DNA of 32,000 nucleotides. It comes from Candidatus Heimdallarchaeota archaeon (lineage in GTDB: Archaea; Asgardarchaeota; Heimdallarchaeia; Heimdallarchaeales; Kariarchaeaceae). The notes below the pieces were generated by a model. It had not been told where the DNA came from, ran no database searches, and saw nothing but the letters and a program-made list of their open reading frames with translations. Below are positions 8,736-17,869 of this stretch, piece by piece. Within the stretch, counting starts at the first letter, position 1. Every line of letters starts with the position of its first letter. A program made the position numbers and the translations under genes. The stretch covers positions 120,001 to 152,000 of the forward strand of contig JASBSB010000004.1 in NCBI GenBank assembly GCA_030149205.1. The letters run 5' to 3'.

Positions 8736-10667
8736 TCAATTTATCACTCGGATTTTTTTTCTTGGATTTAGAGTTGTTGGGTCAATAATTAGTACGACTT
8801 CTTCCTCTTTAAGAATTGTTGCTCCACTATATCCTGGGAATTGTTGGATGTTGCTGGAGATTTGCTTAGTAACGATTTCTCTTTGTTCGAGCACATCGGA
8901 AACCTTCATTGCAATTCTTTTACCTCCCTTTTCCCATAAAATTACCTTTTTATTTATACTTTTTTTCCGCCCTGTATCCTTCTTCTGAATTGAGAGTTCG
9001 TTTGGAATCTCCAAATGGTATTCCAAGTCAAAGATAGGAAGTGTATAATCCTCTTCCTTTACATAAGATTCTTGCTCATGAATTTCAATTTCTTGATCTT
9101 TTTCCGAGTAGATTTTAACAACGTTGAGCAGAGGAATTGCAAATACATGTTCGTTTACGATAACAATCAATGCCTCAATTATGGCTAAAGTCTGAGGAAC
9201 TCTTAAGATAAATTGAGTACCTTCACCTTTTTTGGTTCTGAGTTGAATAGATCCCCCAATCTCCTCAATAGTCTCTTTGACAATATCCATTCCAATGCCT
9301 CTCCCTGCTGCTTCTGTTACTTGAGAAGCTGTACTGAACCCAGGATTAAATATCAAAGCTGCAACTTGAGACCTCGTTAATTTGGTATTTTCTGTGATAA
9401 GTCCAAGTTCTATTCCTTTTGATCGGATTCTTTCTAAATCCAATCCAGACCCATCATCTTCAACTGTTATAGAGACCTCTCCCTTCTCTTGAACTGCAAT
9501 TACCCTAACCGTTCCTTCCTTCGATTTACTGAGTTTTTTACGAGTGGAAGTATCTTCGATACCATGTGTAGCTGCATTCCTTATTAAATGTAGAAGTGCT
9601 TCATTTACTTGATCAATAACAGATCTATCCAATTCTATGTGATTCCCTTGTGTAAACAGATTTATATCTATCCCTCTCTTGTTTGCAATATCACGAACTG
9701 TCCTTGGATAATTATCAAAAATTCTAGCCAAGGTAACCATTCTCATTTTCATAAGTTTATCTTGAATTGTTGTGATTAATGAATCAAATTGGTTCAGGTC
9801 TTCAACTACTTCTGGGGTGGTTTGAACTGCTACATGGTTTTCCAATCTGCTTCTCGCTAGGACAAGCTCTCCAAGCAGGTCAACAACCTCATCCAACTGA
9901 TTAAGGTTTACTCGTACAGTTTGAATTCCACGAGTAAATTTAACTCTCTGTCTTTGGGGCACGATTGCCTCTTCTACCACAGAGGTAATTTCCACTTCAT
10001 CAACGTCGGTAATCCCTTCGATAACCTTTCTAAGCGCACCCTCAGTTTCATTAGTAACAAGCTCAAAATGGATCTCACCAAATACTTTACCTTCAGAAAT
10101 ATCGACCTTTGACGGAGTTGAATCCTCGATCACAGCTATCCGCTCAAGATCACGAAGTAATTGAAATGCTCTGGTACTTAAAAGAGGTGCGTTTCTTTTA
10201 AATTTAACCACAACTGTAAATCTATTCTCGAGTTTTAAAAATTCAGAGGGTTGTGATTGAGTATCTTGCTCCAGCTCTAAATCTGTCTGTAGGTTAAATG
10301 TTGATAAAAATTGCACTAAATCATCCACTGGGACTTTGTTTAGATCGCCTTCTTCAACGGCAACCTCTTTAAATTGCTCTAATCTGTCCACAACTTGGAA
10401 CAAAACCTCAAGCAAACTTTTGGTCACTGCTTTTTCTTGTTCAACTTCCCGGATCTTACTCTCCACTATATGAGTAAGGTTTGTTAAATTTGTGTATCCC
10501 ATTGTCGCAGCCATTCCTTTAACTGTGTGAGCTGCTCTAATTACCTCACTAAGTGGACTCACATCCTTGGGATTCTTTTCTAACAAGATCAATGAATCAC
10601 TTAATAATTTGGTATTATCCTCCAACTCTGATATGAAGATGTCTTTGTATTCGTCCAATCTAAACAA
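8736..10667 (-). CDS. cheA: Chemotaxis histidine kinase CheA
   Basis: Hpt (AAHTVKGMAATMG), P2, dimerisation (VRVNLNQLD), HATPase (HLIRNAATHGIE, DDGSG, FNPGFST, GRGIGMD) and C-terminal CheW-like P5 domains. Confidence 0.97.
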   Translation of the reverse strand: MFRLDEYKDIFISELEDNTKLLSDSLILLEKNPKDVSPLSEVIRAAHTVKGMAATMGYTNLTNLTHIVESKIREVEQEKAVTKSLLEVLFQVVDRLEQFKEVAVEEGDLNKVPVDDLVQFLSTFNLQTDLELEQDTQSQPSEFLKLENRFTVVVKFKRNAPLLSTRAFQLLRDLERIAVIEDSTPSKVDISEGKVFGEIHFELVTNETEGALRKVIEGITDVDEVEITSVVEEAIVPQRQRVKFTRGIQTVRVNLNQLDEVVDLLGELVLARSRLENHVAVQTTPEVVEDLNQFDSLITTIQDKLMKMRMVTLARIFDNYPRTVRDIANKRGIDINLFTQGNHIELDRSVIDQVNEALLHLIRNAATHGIEDTSTRKKLSKSKEGTVRVIAVQEKGEVSITVEDDGSGLDLERIRSKGIELGLITENTKLTRSQVAALIFNPGFSTASQVTEAAGRGIGMDIVKETIEEIGGSIQLRTKKGEGTQFILRVPQTLAIIEALIVIVNEHVFAIPLLNVVKIYSEKDQEIEIHEQESYVKEEDYTLPIFDLEYHLEIPNELSIQKKDTGRKKSINKKVILWEKGGKRIAMKVSDVLEQREIVTKQISSNIQQFPGYSGATILKEEEVVLIIDPTTLNPRKKIRVIN

Positions 10668-10744
10668 GTTAACTCATTTTTTCTCTTACTAAAATTTACC
10701 TAGTATTCTGTACCAAAATTGTATAATTTCTTTAATAATCCTGA

Positions 10745-11935
10745 TTAATCCTCATCAAGCTCATAAGAATCATTATAGATTTTTATCATCAGAGAATCAC
10801 CTGATTGTAACCTCGTAGAAGAATCAGGATAGGGGATTACTTTTCCTTTCCTGGTTAGTGTTAAAACATCAAACACGTTTCCACTGTATTGAGTTTCTAT
10901 CTCAGCCTCCCAAATCGATTTATTGAGATAAGGAGAGAGCTGATCAATCACTATCACATCTATGTCTTCCTCTGATTCTTCAAGTACATCATCCATCAAA
11001 TCCAAAGCTTCTAACACCCTGTTTTTGTTTGTGCGAAGTGCTAATCCAAAGATTGAGTCTGCAAGAATTTCGAGCTCCATTCCCATTCTTAAGAATGCAT
11101 AAGATTCAGGTTTTCTTAGTTTTTCATTTTTGTAATAATCTAAAACATGGTTGGATAACTCTAGAAATCCTCTGTCTATTAAATTTTCAAAATCATTTAT
11201 GGCTTTGTAGTATGATTTTTCATGATTGATTTGAACATAAAGTCCTAAATCAATTATTAGTGAAGTGAAATTTATTAAGCGACCTAATGTTTTCTCAATT
11301 GGATTTAAATCGATTACTTGTTCATCATTTGGTTCCTGTAATTCTGACCTTACTTCTTCTATACTATTAATTTTCCCCTCTAAAAACAGTTGAAAAATTT
11401 TGACATTAGTTTTAGGACCTCTTAAATAAAGTACATCATACCCTTGAAACTCGTAGTCGTTGCCCAAGAATATTTGATTTGATCTTTTTAATGCCATTAT
11501 ATCAATTCCTAGTCTTTCTTGTAAGTCGAGAAAATCTTCATTTTTTCCAATTAATGGTGAAGAGCTGGGGATTTCTATTCTGTCGACAAACTCTTTAATT
11601 GATTGTTTAAGCTTTGAAGTTTCATTTAATGGGTTTTTAGACTGTGTGACTATTTCAGCAAGATTAGCTGACTGCTTACTTATGTCATTTATTGATTTGG
11701 CAATAAAGAAGTAAGGTAACAAATCTTTTGCATCATTAGGTGATCTAATCCCAAGGGAATTGTAAATGAATATATCTTCGGTTAGGATAGCAATCTCCTT
11801 TTCCATTTCAAAAATATAATTTGCCAAAGATATGTCATTGTGGATTAATGCAGCGATCGCAAGATCAAACTGAATCTTGGTTTTGCTAATACTTTCTGTG
11901 AGCAGTTGTTTCACATTTTTGAATTTAGAATTCAT
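10745..11935 (-). CDS. Tandem PhoU-like + TrkA-C (RCK_C) domain protein (COG3273-like, duplicated)
   Basis: Two repeats of a helical PhoU-like unit followed by TrkA-C (IEIPSSSPLIGK...IDIMALKR; SPYLNKSI...LTLTRKGKVIPYPDSSTRLQSGDSL). Confidence 0.8.
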   Translation of the reverse strand: MNSKFKNVKQLLTESISKTKIQFDLAIAALIHNDISLANYIFEMEKEIAILTEDIFIYNSLGIRSPNDAKDLLPYFFIAKSINDISKQSANLAEIVTQSKNPLNETSKLKQSIKEFVDRIEIPSSSPLIGKNEDFLDLQERLGIDIMALKRSNQIFLGNDYEFQGYDVLYLRGPKTNVKIFQLFLEGKINSIEEVRSELQEPNDEQVIDLNPIEKTLGRLINFTSLIIDLGLYVQINHEKSYYKAINDFENLIDRGFLELSNHVLDYYKNEKLRKPESYAFLRMGMELEILADSIFGLALRTNKNRVLEALDLMDDVLEESEEDIDVIVIDQLSPYLNKSIWEAEIETQYSGNVFDVLTLTRKGKVIPYPDSSTRLQSGDSLMIKIYNDSYELDED

Positions 11936-12003
11936 TAGAATACTTAACTCTAGATTAGATTATCTATATAAAATATCTAGGGTTTGGAAAACCTTAATCA
12001 TCA

Positions 12004-12912
12004 TTAAATTGGTAATTCTTTTGTGTTTTGAAGATTTAAAATCAAATTAACAAGAGGTTTATCGTGAGCTGCAAAATTTGTCTTTAAATTAACGTAAGAA
12101 CTTCCTGGAATTGAATCAGCAATGGATTTTGCATCATCAGAGTCATGGAGTTTATCTGATTCGGCTCCAATTACAATAAATTTAGGTCGATTTCCATCAA
12201 TCCTTTTAAGATCTTCTCTGAGAGTTGTATTCATCCATGCTTTTAAAACTCTTTTAAATCTTGATCCTAGAACAAGGTTGTACCCCACAAAATATTTATG
12301 AGCCTGAAACGGGTCTTTCTTTTTATCGACTTTATTTCTGATAACTACATAAAGAGTAATGGGTCTGAAAACATATTTAAACACTGTATCTGTTACAATT
12401 GGGAGAAATAATTTAATAAAAGAAGGCACCTTAAAGTCTATTAAAGGACCAACAACAATCACATAATCTACATTCAGCTTCTTACGTGCGCTAGAATGTA
12501 TCAAGGTATTTGAACCCATGGATGAACCTACTACAACTATAGGAACCGATGGGTCTCTGATCTGGTCAATCGAATCTTCAGCATCTAGTAAAAAATCCTC
12601 ATGGGTTGGGAAATTAATGGTTTGGTCAGAATACACTGCTGTGATTTTTTCTCTTGTCTCAATGTAATCAATTTTCACAGGATGTTCCTTCAACAGAATC
12701 AAAAATCTATACCATGACATCAGCAGAGTATTCATCCCAGGTAGCAAGATTACTTGGATGCTGTAAGTTTCAGGTTGGTAACTTAAATGTCTTAATTTTG
12801 TTCCATCCCTCATATTAAGGTAATTTACGGTAAAATCTTCGGGAGGATCAACGTCTTTGTCCAATGTTAACAAATATGAGACTATTGGATCATCATTCGA
12901 GTTTCCACTCAC
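12004..12912 (-). CDS. Alpha/beta-fold hydrolase
   Basis: GSSMG nucleophile elbow; candidate Asp (GAESDKLH) and His (AAHDK) near the C-terminus. Confidence 0.8.
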   Translation of the reverse strand: MSGNSNDDPIVSYLLTLDKDVDPPEDFTVNYLNMRDGTKLRHLSYQPETYSIQVILLPGMNTLLMSWYRFLILLKEHPVKIDYIETREKITAVYSDQTINFPTHEDFLLDAEDSIDQIRDPSVPIVVVGSSMGSNTLIHSSARKKLNVDYVIVVGPLIDFKVPSFIKLFLPIVTDTVFKYVFRPITLYVVIRNKVDKKKDPFQAHKYFVGYNLVLGSRFKRVLKAWMNTTLREDLKRIDGNRPKFIVIGAESDKLHDSDDAKSIADSIPGSSYVNLKTNFAAHDKPLVNLILNLQNTKELPI

Positions 12913-13091
12913 AATTATGCTAGATAAAGGGTTTTAATAATCTTTTCAGTAGAGTAAATGGATGTACGTAGAATTTTAAAAAATCTGTCAAATTCATCGT
13001 AAAACGAAATAATTGAATTGAACAACTATAAGAAATAAATAAGTATTTATTTAATGTAAGTTACCAGAGATTGGACTAAGAGCGAGCATAA

Positions 13092-13802
13092 ATGGATCAA
13101 ATAGACGAAATGTATCGAATTTTCAAAAACGCAAAGCAAAAGGAATTTTTTGGTGAGTTGCAGGCTGCGATTCAACTCTATCTAGATGCTGCAAGTTATG
13201 CCCTTAACATTTACAAACAAGATCAAACAGCAAATAAAAAGTTCGAAAGTCTAGCAATTAAGATAGTTTCTCATGTTAAACAGGTGAAATCTGAGATTAA
13301 ATCACAAAACAACTCAGTTCTCCAATTTTTGGATTCAGATTTCCCGCCACCTCCTCAAAGTGATCAACTCAGTAGCACAGAAGATGACAAAATCACAGAG
13401 ATAAGTTCAATAGACCAATTACTTCTTATTTCTAAGTTTGGTTCACCAATTTTAAGTTATAATTTTAAAGCTGTTGACTCAATGAACCCCCTCTATGGAA
13501 ATGAGGTGCTGTTTTCAGGAGCAATGTCCGCAATTTATTCTATTATTCAAGAGACCATCAAAAGTGATATCCAAAAAATTAGTTTAGATGGAAAAAACAT
13601 CTTGATTCAAAAATCTGATGATCTTTTTTTCATATTGATATCAGATGCTGAAGAGGACACATTTAAAGAAAAAATAACAACTTTTGCAGATTCATTTCTT
13701 AACAAGTTTGATAAAAAGATCTCATCAGCACTAAAGAACGGTGAGATGATCTCAGATGATAAAGAATGTATAGAATTTATACATACTAACCTCGGATTTT
13801 AA
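13092..13802 (+). CDS. MIT-like domain + longin-like domain fusion protein
   Basis: Residues ~3-70 fit a three-helix MIT pattern (AKQKEFFGELQAAIQLYLDAASYAL); Pro/acidic linker; C-terminal half fits the Asgard longin-like pattern (LLLISKFGSPILSYNF...LFSGAMSAI...IQKISL...LFFILIS). Confidence 0.6.
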   Translation: MDQIDEMYRIFKNAKQKEFFGELQAAIQLYLDAASYALNIYKQDQTANKKFESLAIKIVSHVKQVKSEIKSQNNSVLQFLDSDFPPPPQSDQLSSTEDDKITEISSIDQLLLISKFGSPILSYNFKAVDSMNPLYGNEVLFSGAMSAIYSIIQETIKSDIQKISLDGKNILIQKSDDLFFILISDAEEDTFKEKITTFADSFLNKFDKKISSALKNGEMISDDKECIEFIHTNLGF

Positions 13803-13856
13803 TTTATTTCAACAGTGAACAACAATGCTTATTATTTGATTTAATATCTAACGTTT

Positions 13857-14447
13857 GTGAGTTTTCCTTATCCATATCCTTTAGGACTCCCAAAAGGAAC
13901 TGTAAGAGCAACAATTACACTTGCTTTCACAATAGATCTAATCTTTCTAACGCTAAATTCTGAGACCACGGCCAATCTGGTCTCTCCATTGGTATTAGTT
14001 GCTTTAACCTTTTATTTTGGTGGAAGAATGAGGATAAATCCCTCCATCATAGTTCCAAAAGCTCCAGCTGCCGAACGAGCGTGGGGACTTCCTGCTGGAA
14101 CTATTCGATCTTTATTGATTTTTCTCTTTGGGGCGTTCACAGTTTACCTGATTTATGAACGTAGAACACTCCCCAGTTATATTCTGGATATCTTTAATAT
14201 AATATTCGGGTATTTAATTGGATTAATCTTTTTAAAAATCAAGACATGGTACAGGAGGAGAAAAAACAGTGAAATTACTACTAGCCATATAGGTCCATTG
14301 GATCACCTTGTGTCTTTATTAGCCCTTTCAATTTCTGGTACCACTATTTATATTTTGACAGCTACACCTACAGTAAGTTATATCCTCCTTGTTGCTAATA
14401 TCGCCTCAATAACATTAGGGTTTTACTTTGGTGGAAGATCAACTTAA
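13857..14447 (+). CDS. Membrane protein with internal two-helix repeats
   Basis: About 6 TM; repeated LGLPKGTVRA / WGLPAGTIRS and TFYFGGR / GYLIG / GFYFGGR motifs. Confidence 0.75.
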   Translation: MSFPYPYPLGLPKGTVRATITLAFTIDLIFLTLNSETTANLVSPLVLVALTFYFGGRMRINPSIIVPKAPAAERAWGLPAGTIRSLLIFLFGAFTVYLIYERRTLPSYILDIFNIIFGYLIGLIFLKIKTWYRRRKNSEITTSHIGPLDHLVSLLALSISGTTIYILTATPTVSYILLVANIASITLGFYFGGRST

Positions 14448-15790
14448 TTCCTTTTGGATGATTTTTTTCTAAAAGATTTAAAATACGAGCTCTCTTGAAT
14501 GTTTCTCCCAGATTTCTTGTGCTTTCTTTTTTGTTTTGGGTTAAATTTTTTATAGCTATTTTTAAACCAAGATTTATTTAAACCAGACCTCTTTCTCTTC
14601 TTTAGGGGTTGTTTTTCTTGCTTCTTTCGTTCTTTATACTTTTCAATATTTGTCAATCTGATATGTTCTGGAAGACGTTCAAGTATCTTCATTTTAATTT
14701 CAGTCTCTTTTTCGATTTTGCTTATCAAATGTAACTCTTTTGGGCTAACAATAGTTATTGCTTTTCCTTTATTGTTCATTCTTGCTGTTCTACCTACCCT
14801 GTGGATATATGTTTCAATATTTCTAGGGACTTCAAAATTAATAACGTGTGTAAGATGGGGAAGATCTATTCCCCTTGCTGCTAGATCTGTTGCAACCAAT
14901 AGCTGCACCTCTTGGTTTTCGAACATTCTAAGAGCCTTTAATCTTTGAACCTTTGACAAACCTGCATGTAGCTCTTCTACATCTAAACCCTCCCTAAGTA
15001 GTAATTTGGTCAATGTACGACTAGTTTCTTGTGAATGTGCAAAAATAATTCCTGCACCTAAAACTGGAGCTTCAGTGGAAAGAATCTGAAGGAGTTTGTC
15101 CTTTTTCTCATTATATTGAACCTCATAAACATAATGTGATAATCCTTTGGGAAATCCATTATGTTTGATTTCTATTTTAACTGGATGTTTTAGTAGTTTA
15201 TTTGCAAGACCAAACATTTCTGGAGGTAAAGTGGCAGAGAAGAGATTGACTGAGACGTTTTTCTCCTTTGAAAGTCCTGTGACGGCCTCAATCTCTTCAC
15301 TAAATCCAAGGTCCAGAAGCATATCGCATTCATCAATAACAATTATCCCAGTTTTTGAATAATCAATTCCATATTTTGTTTGACTTGTTAGAATATTTCC
15401 AGGGGTCCCAATAACTAGTTCTATCCTATCTTCCTTTGGATGAGTTTTATGGGTGTTATCTCTGCCTCCTAATAGAAATATTGGGACATCCAAATTGTTT
15501 GTCAGAGATTTAGCAACAGTAAATATTTGCCATGCTAATTCTGAAGTAGGGGTAACGATTAGCACCATTGGATCATTATGTTCAACCGGTGTCGTGACTA
15601 TATATTCGATTGCAGGGACTAAAAAAGCCAAAGTTTTACCAGTTCCAGATGGGGATAAACTTAAAGTGGATTCCCCTTTTAGGATCCTAGGAATCACTTG
15701 TTTCTGAATTTCTGTAAGATAATTTATCTCTAACCGATCTACTAGATTTTGTTTGATTTGGTCGTGGATTTGTAAATTTGAAGCCTTCAT
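14444..15790 (-). CDS. DEAD/DEAH-box RNA helicase (DECD variant)
   Basis: Q motif, SGTGKT, PTSELA, TPG, DECD, SAT, ATDLAARGID, YIHRVGRTAR; Lys/Arg-rich C-terminal tail. Confidence 0.93.
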   Translation of the reverse strand: MKASNLQIHDQIKQNLVDRLEINYLTEIQKQVIPRILKGESTLSLSPSGTGKTLAFLVPAIEYIVTTPVEHNDPMVLIVTPTSELAWQIFTVAKSLTNNLDVPIFLLGGRDNTHKTHPKEDRIELVIGTPGNILTSQTKYGIDYSKTGIIVIDECDMLLDLGFSEEIEAVTGLSKEKNVSVNLFSATLPPEMFGLANKLLKHPVKIEIKHNGFPKGLSHYVYEVQYNEKKDKLLQILSTEAPVLGAGIIFAHSQETSRTLTKLLLREGLDVEELHAGLSKVQRLKALRMFENQEVQLLVATDLAARGIDLPHLTHVINFEVPRNIETYIHRVGRTARMNNKGKAITIVSPKELHLISKIEKETEIKMKILERLPEHIRLTNIEKYKERKKQEKQPLKKRKRSGLNKSWFKNSYKKFNPKQKRKHKKSGRNIQESSYFKSFRKKSSKRN

Positions 15791-16081
15791 ATTCTATCAA
15801 AGAATTCTGTAATATTATAAATTATAGATACAGTATCATCCTAAAAAATTTAGAGATATTAAAAGTGGGGGGAGGGAGAGAGACTCCTTAAAAAAAGTAA
15901 GAAGTCTCATATTAACTACAATCGTTCAATTATTTATATTTTACGTTAAGATAACATGAAATACCAAAAAAATTCATAAAATTGGGCAGAAGTGCCATTT
16001 TGAACCATTAGTGTCTAACCCTCATTTTGAAAAGGTTGAATTAACCAAGGAGGACCTTACTAAACTTTAGTCTGAATGATC

Positions 16082-17803
16082 CTAACGAACAATATGGGAA
16101 AGCTCGTGAAGGTAATTAATAAGTCGAAATTGTTCCACGTTTTGTTTGGTTTGAGGGTTGCGATTCATCGCGATATACCATTCACTAAATTCTTGCTCTA
16201 ACCATTTCAATTCTTTCTCTACCTGCTGTTCTAGATATTCTAGGCTGTTCTCCTTAGCAATTCTTTGATTTTCTACCAATATTGTTCTTGCCTCATCAAT
16301 TTCAAAGTTGAGAATTTTCAATTTTGATTTGAGAATACTTACACGAATTATAAGTGGTATTGATTCTCTCAGGGCAATCATACCTGTAAGTTGCTCTACA
16401 AGCTCAACAATTTCATTATTTATTTCTGAGGTTCTGAATATTTTCATTTCTTGTAAAAGTATCTCAACTAAGGCAATTAACGCATTAATTTTAAGGTGTG
16501 TGGGCGTACTCTCATCCTCAATTACAGAATATAAAACAGTGGTTGCGGTGGAAAGAGATTCAAACCTAAGTTTAGATTTCAATATGATTGCTTGAGAATA
16601 TGTAACATATGAGTTTAATAGATTTATCTGAGGAAACTCCTGGGCTAAATCTCTAAGCTTTTCAAAATAATCGTTAGCTTGATCTGGTTTATTCAATTCA
16701 GTGTAAATAGATACCAGATTATACAAAATCTGTGCTTTCATTGTAAAATTGCCAGGTTTGGAAAGAACTTCTAATAAAGAAACTAGGTACTGTATCGCCG
16801 ATTCTGGATGCCCTCGAAAATACGCAATTTTTGCAAGTTGTAATACAGACCTACTAATAAACATGGCATTTTGCTTTTGATAGGCTAAGCTCAGACACTT
16901 TTGAAAGTTTGAGGTTGCTTCTTCAATTTGACCAATCTCAGCAAGATAATCTCCCAAAGCGAGATATGCAAATAAGTTTGAAAACTTATCATCTGACTTC
17001 TCATAGTACTCTATTGATCCGTTGATTATAGATAATCCCTTTGAAATTCTACCTGATTTTAGTAAATAAATCCCTTCCCAAAATTCAATACGTGGTCGCA
17101 AATTTACGAGACCAAATCTGTCAATTACTTTTGCTAAATTTTTTATTGAGTAATTACTATTTATAATCTCATTTTGATCATACTCACAATGGATGTGCTC
17201 AAGATTTAGCATTATATATTGATAGACTAAATTATTTTCAAGTAATTGATTTGAAAGGTAGTCTATCTCAGTTGCATCACATCTACCTTTACGAAGGGAT
17301 ATTATAAGACCTAAGCTATCTATAATGAAAGAAAATATTGTTTCTGGCTTACTTAGAAGTAGATTCAACACATCTGAATGAAATATCTCCGCATCGTCAA
17401 TTTCATATTTATTAAGAGCCAAAAGGATTTTTAATAAATATAGACCTAGTACGAAATAATCCTTTAACTCTTTTCCTAAAATAGAATTTTGTAAAAGTTG
17501 ATTTAATGTTTTTACCTGAAATTCTAATCCGTCATTGTCAGAATTTATTACATGAACTATTCCTTTCAAGATATTCAGGTACAAAATTTGTTCTACCGTG
17601 AGATTTTTACTTTCAAGTGTTTGTAATTGTAAAGTCGCTTCTTTTGCCTTCCCCTCGTTCAATAAACAACAGATATGGTTTAATTTTGCAGTTGGTGACT
17701 CACATGAGCTTAGAGTCTTTTTTAACTCATTAACCTGTGGTAGGGAATCTAATTGGATAAACAACAAAAAGTTGTTATCTAATAGGTCCACCAACTTCTC
17801 CAT
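16082..17803 (-). CDS. TPR/helical-repeat protein
   Basis: Repeated TPR-like units (AYLALGDYLAEIGQIEEATSNFQKCL; LQLAKIAYFRGHPESAIQYL; LYNLVSIYTELNKPDQANDYF). Confidence 0.75.
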   Translation of the reverse strand: MEKLVDLLDNNFLLFIQLDSLPQVNELKKTLSSCESPTAKLNHICCLLNEGKAKEATLQLQTLESKNLTVEQILYLNILKGIVHVINSDNDGLEFQVKTLNQLLQNSILGKELKDYFVLGLYLLKILLALNKYEIDDAEIFHSDVLNLLLSKPETIFSFIIDSLGLIISLRKGRCDATEIDYLSNQLLENNLVYQYIMLNLEHIHCEYDQNEIINSNYSIKNLAKVIDRFGLVNLRPRIEFWEGIYLLKSGRISKGLSIINGSIEYYEKSDDKFSNLFAYLALGDYLAEIGQIEEATSNFQKCLSLAYQKQNAMFISRSVLQLAKIAYFRGHPESAIQYLVSLLEVLSKPGNFTMKAQILYNLVSIYTELNKPDQANDYFEKLRDLAQEFPQINLLNSYVTYSQAIILKSKLRFESLSTATTVLYSVIEDESTPTHLKINALIALVEILLQEMKIFRTSEINNEIVELVEQLTGMIALRESIPLIIRVSILKSKLKILNFEIDEARTILVENQRIAKENSLEYLEQQVEKELKWLEQEFSEWYIAMNRNPQTKQNVEQFRLINYLHELSHIVR

Positions 17804-17869
17804 AATTTATTACTTCTTTTTCATCATTTATATGTTTAGATGTTACATTTTATTTCATAAGATTGTGAA

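Noticed and set aside
15860-15900. Purine-rich tract GTGGGGGAGGGAGAGAGACTCC with a short hairpin in the helicase-TPR gap
   Set aside because: Could be a pyrimidine/U-rich terminator on the minus strand, but it is too short and non-specific to call; only two G-runs of 3 or more, so not a G-quadruplex.
17546-17559. Fourth 12/14 match to the candidate operator (TATTACATGAACTA)
   Set aside because: Lies inside the TPR coding region, far from any crt gene, and breaks the GTT arm; compatible with the chance expectation. Recorded as a caveat for the operator claim.
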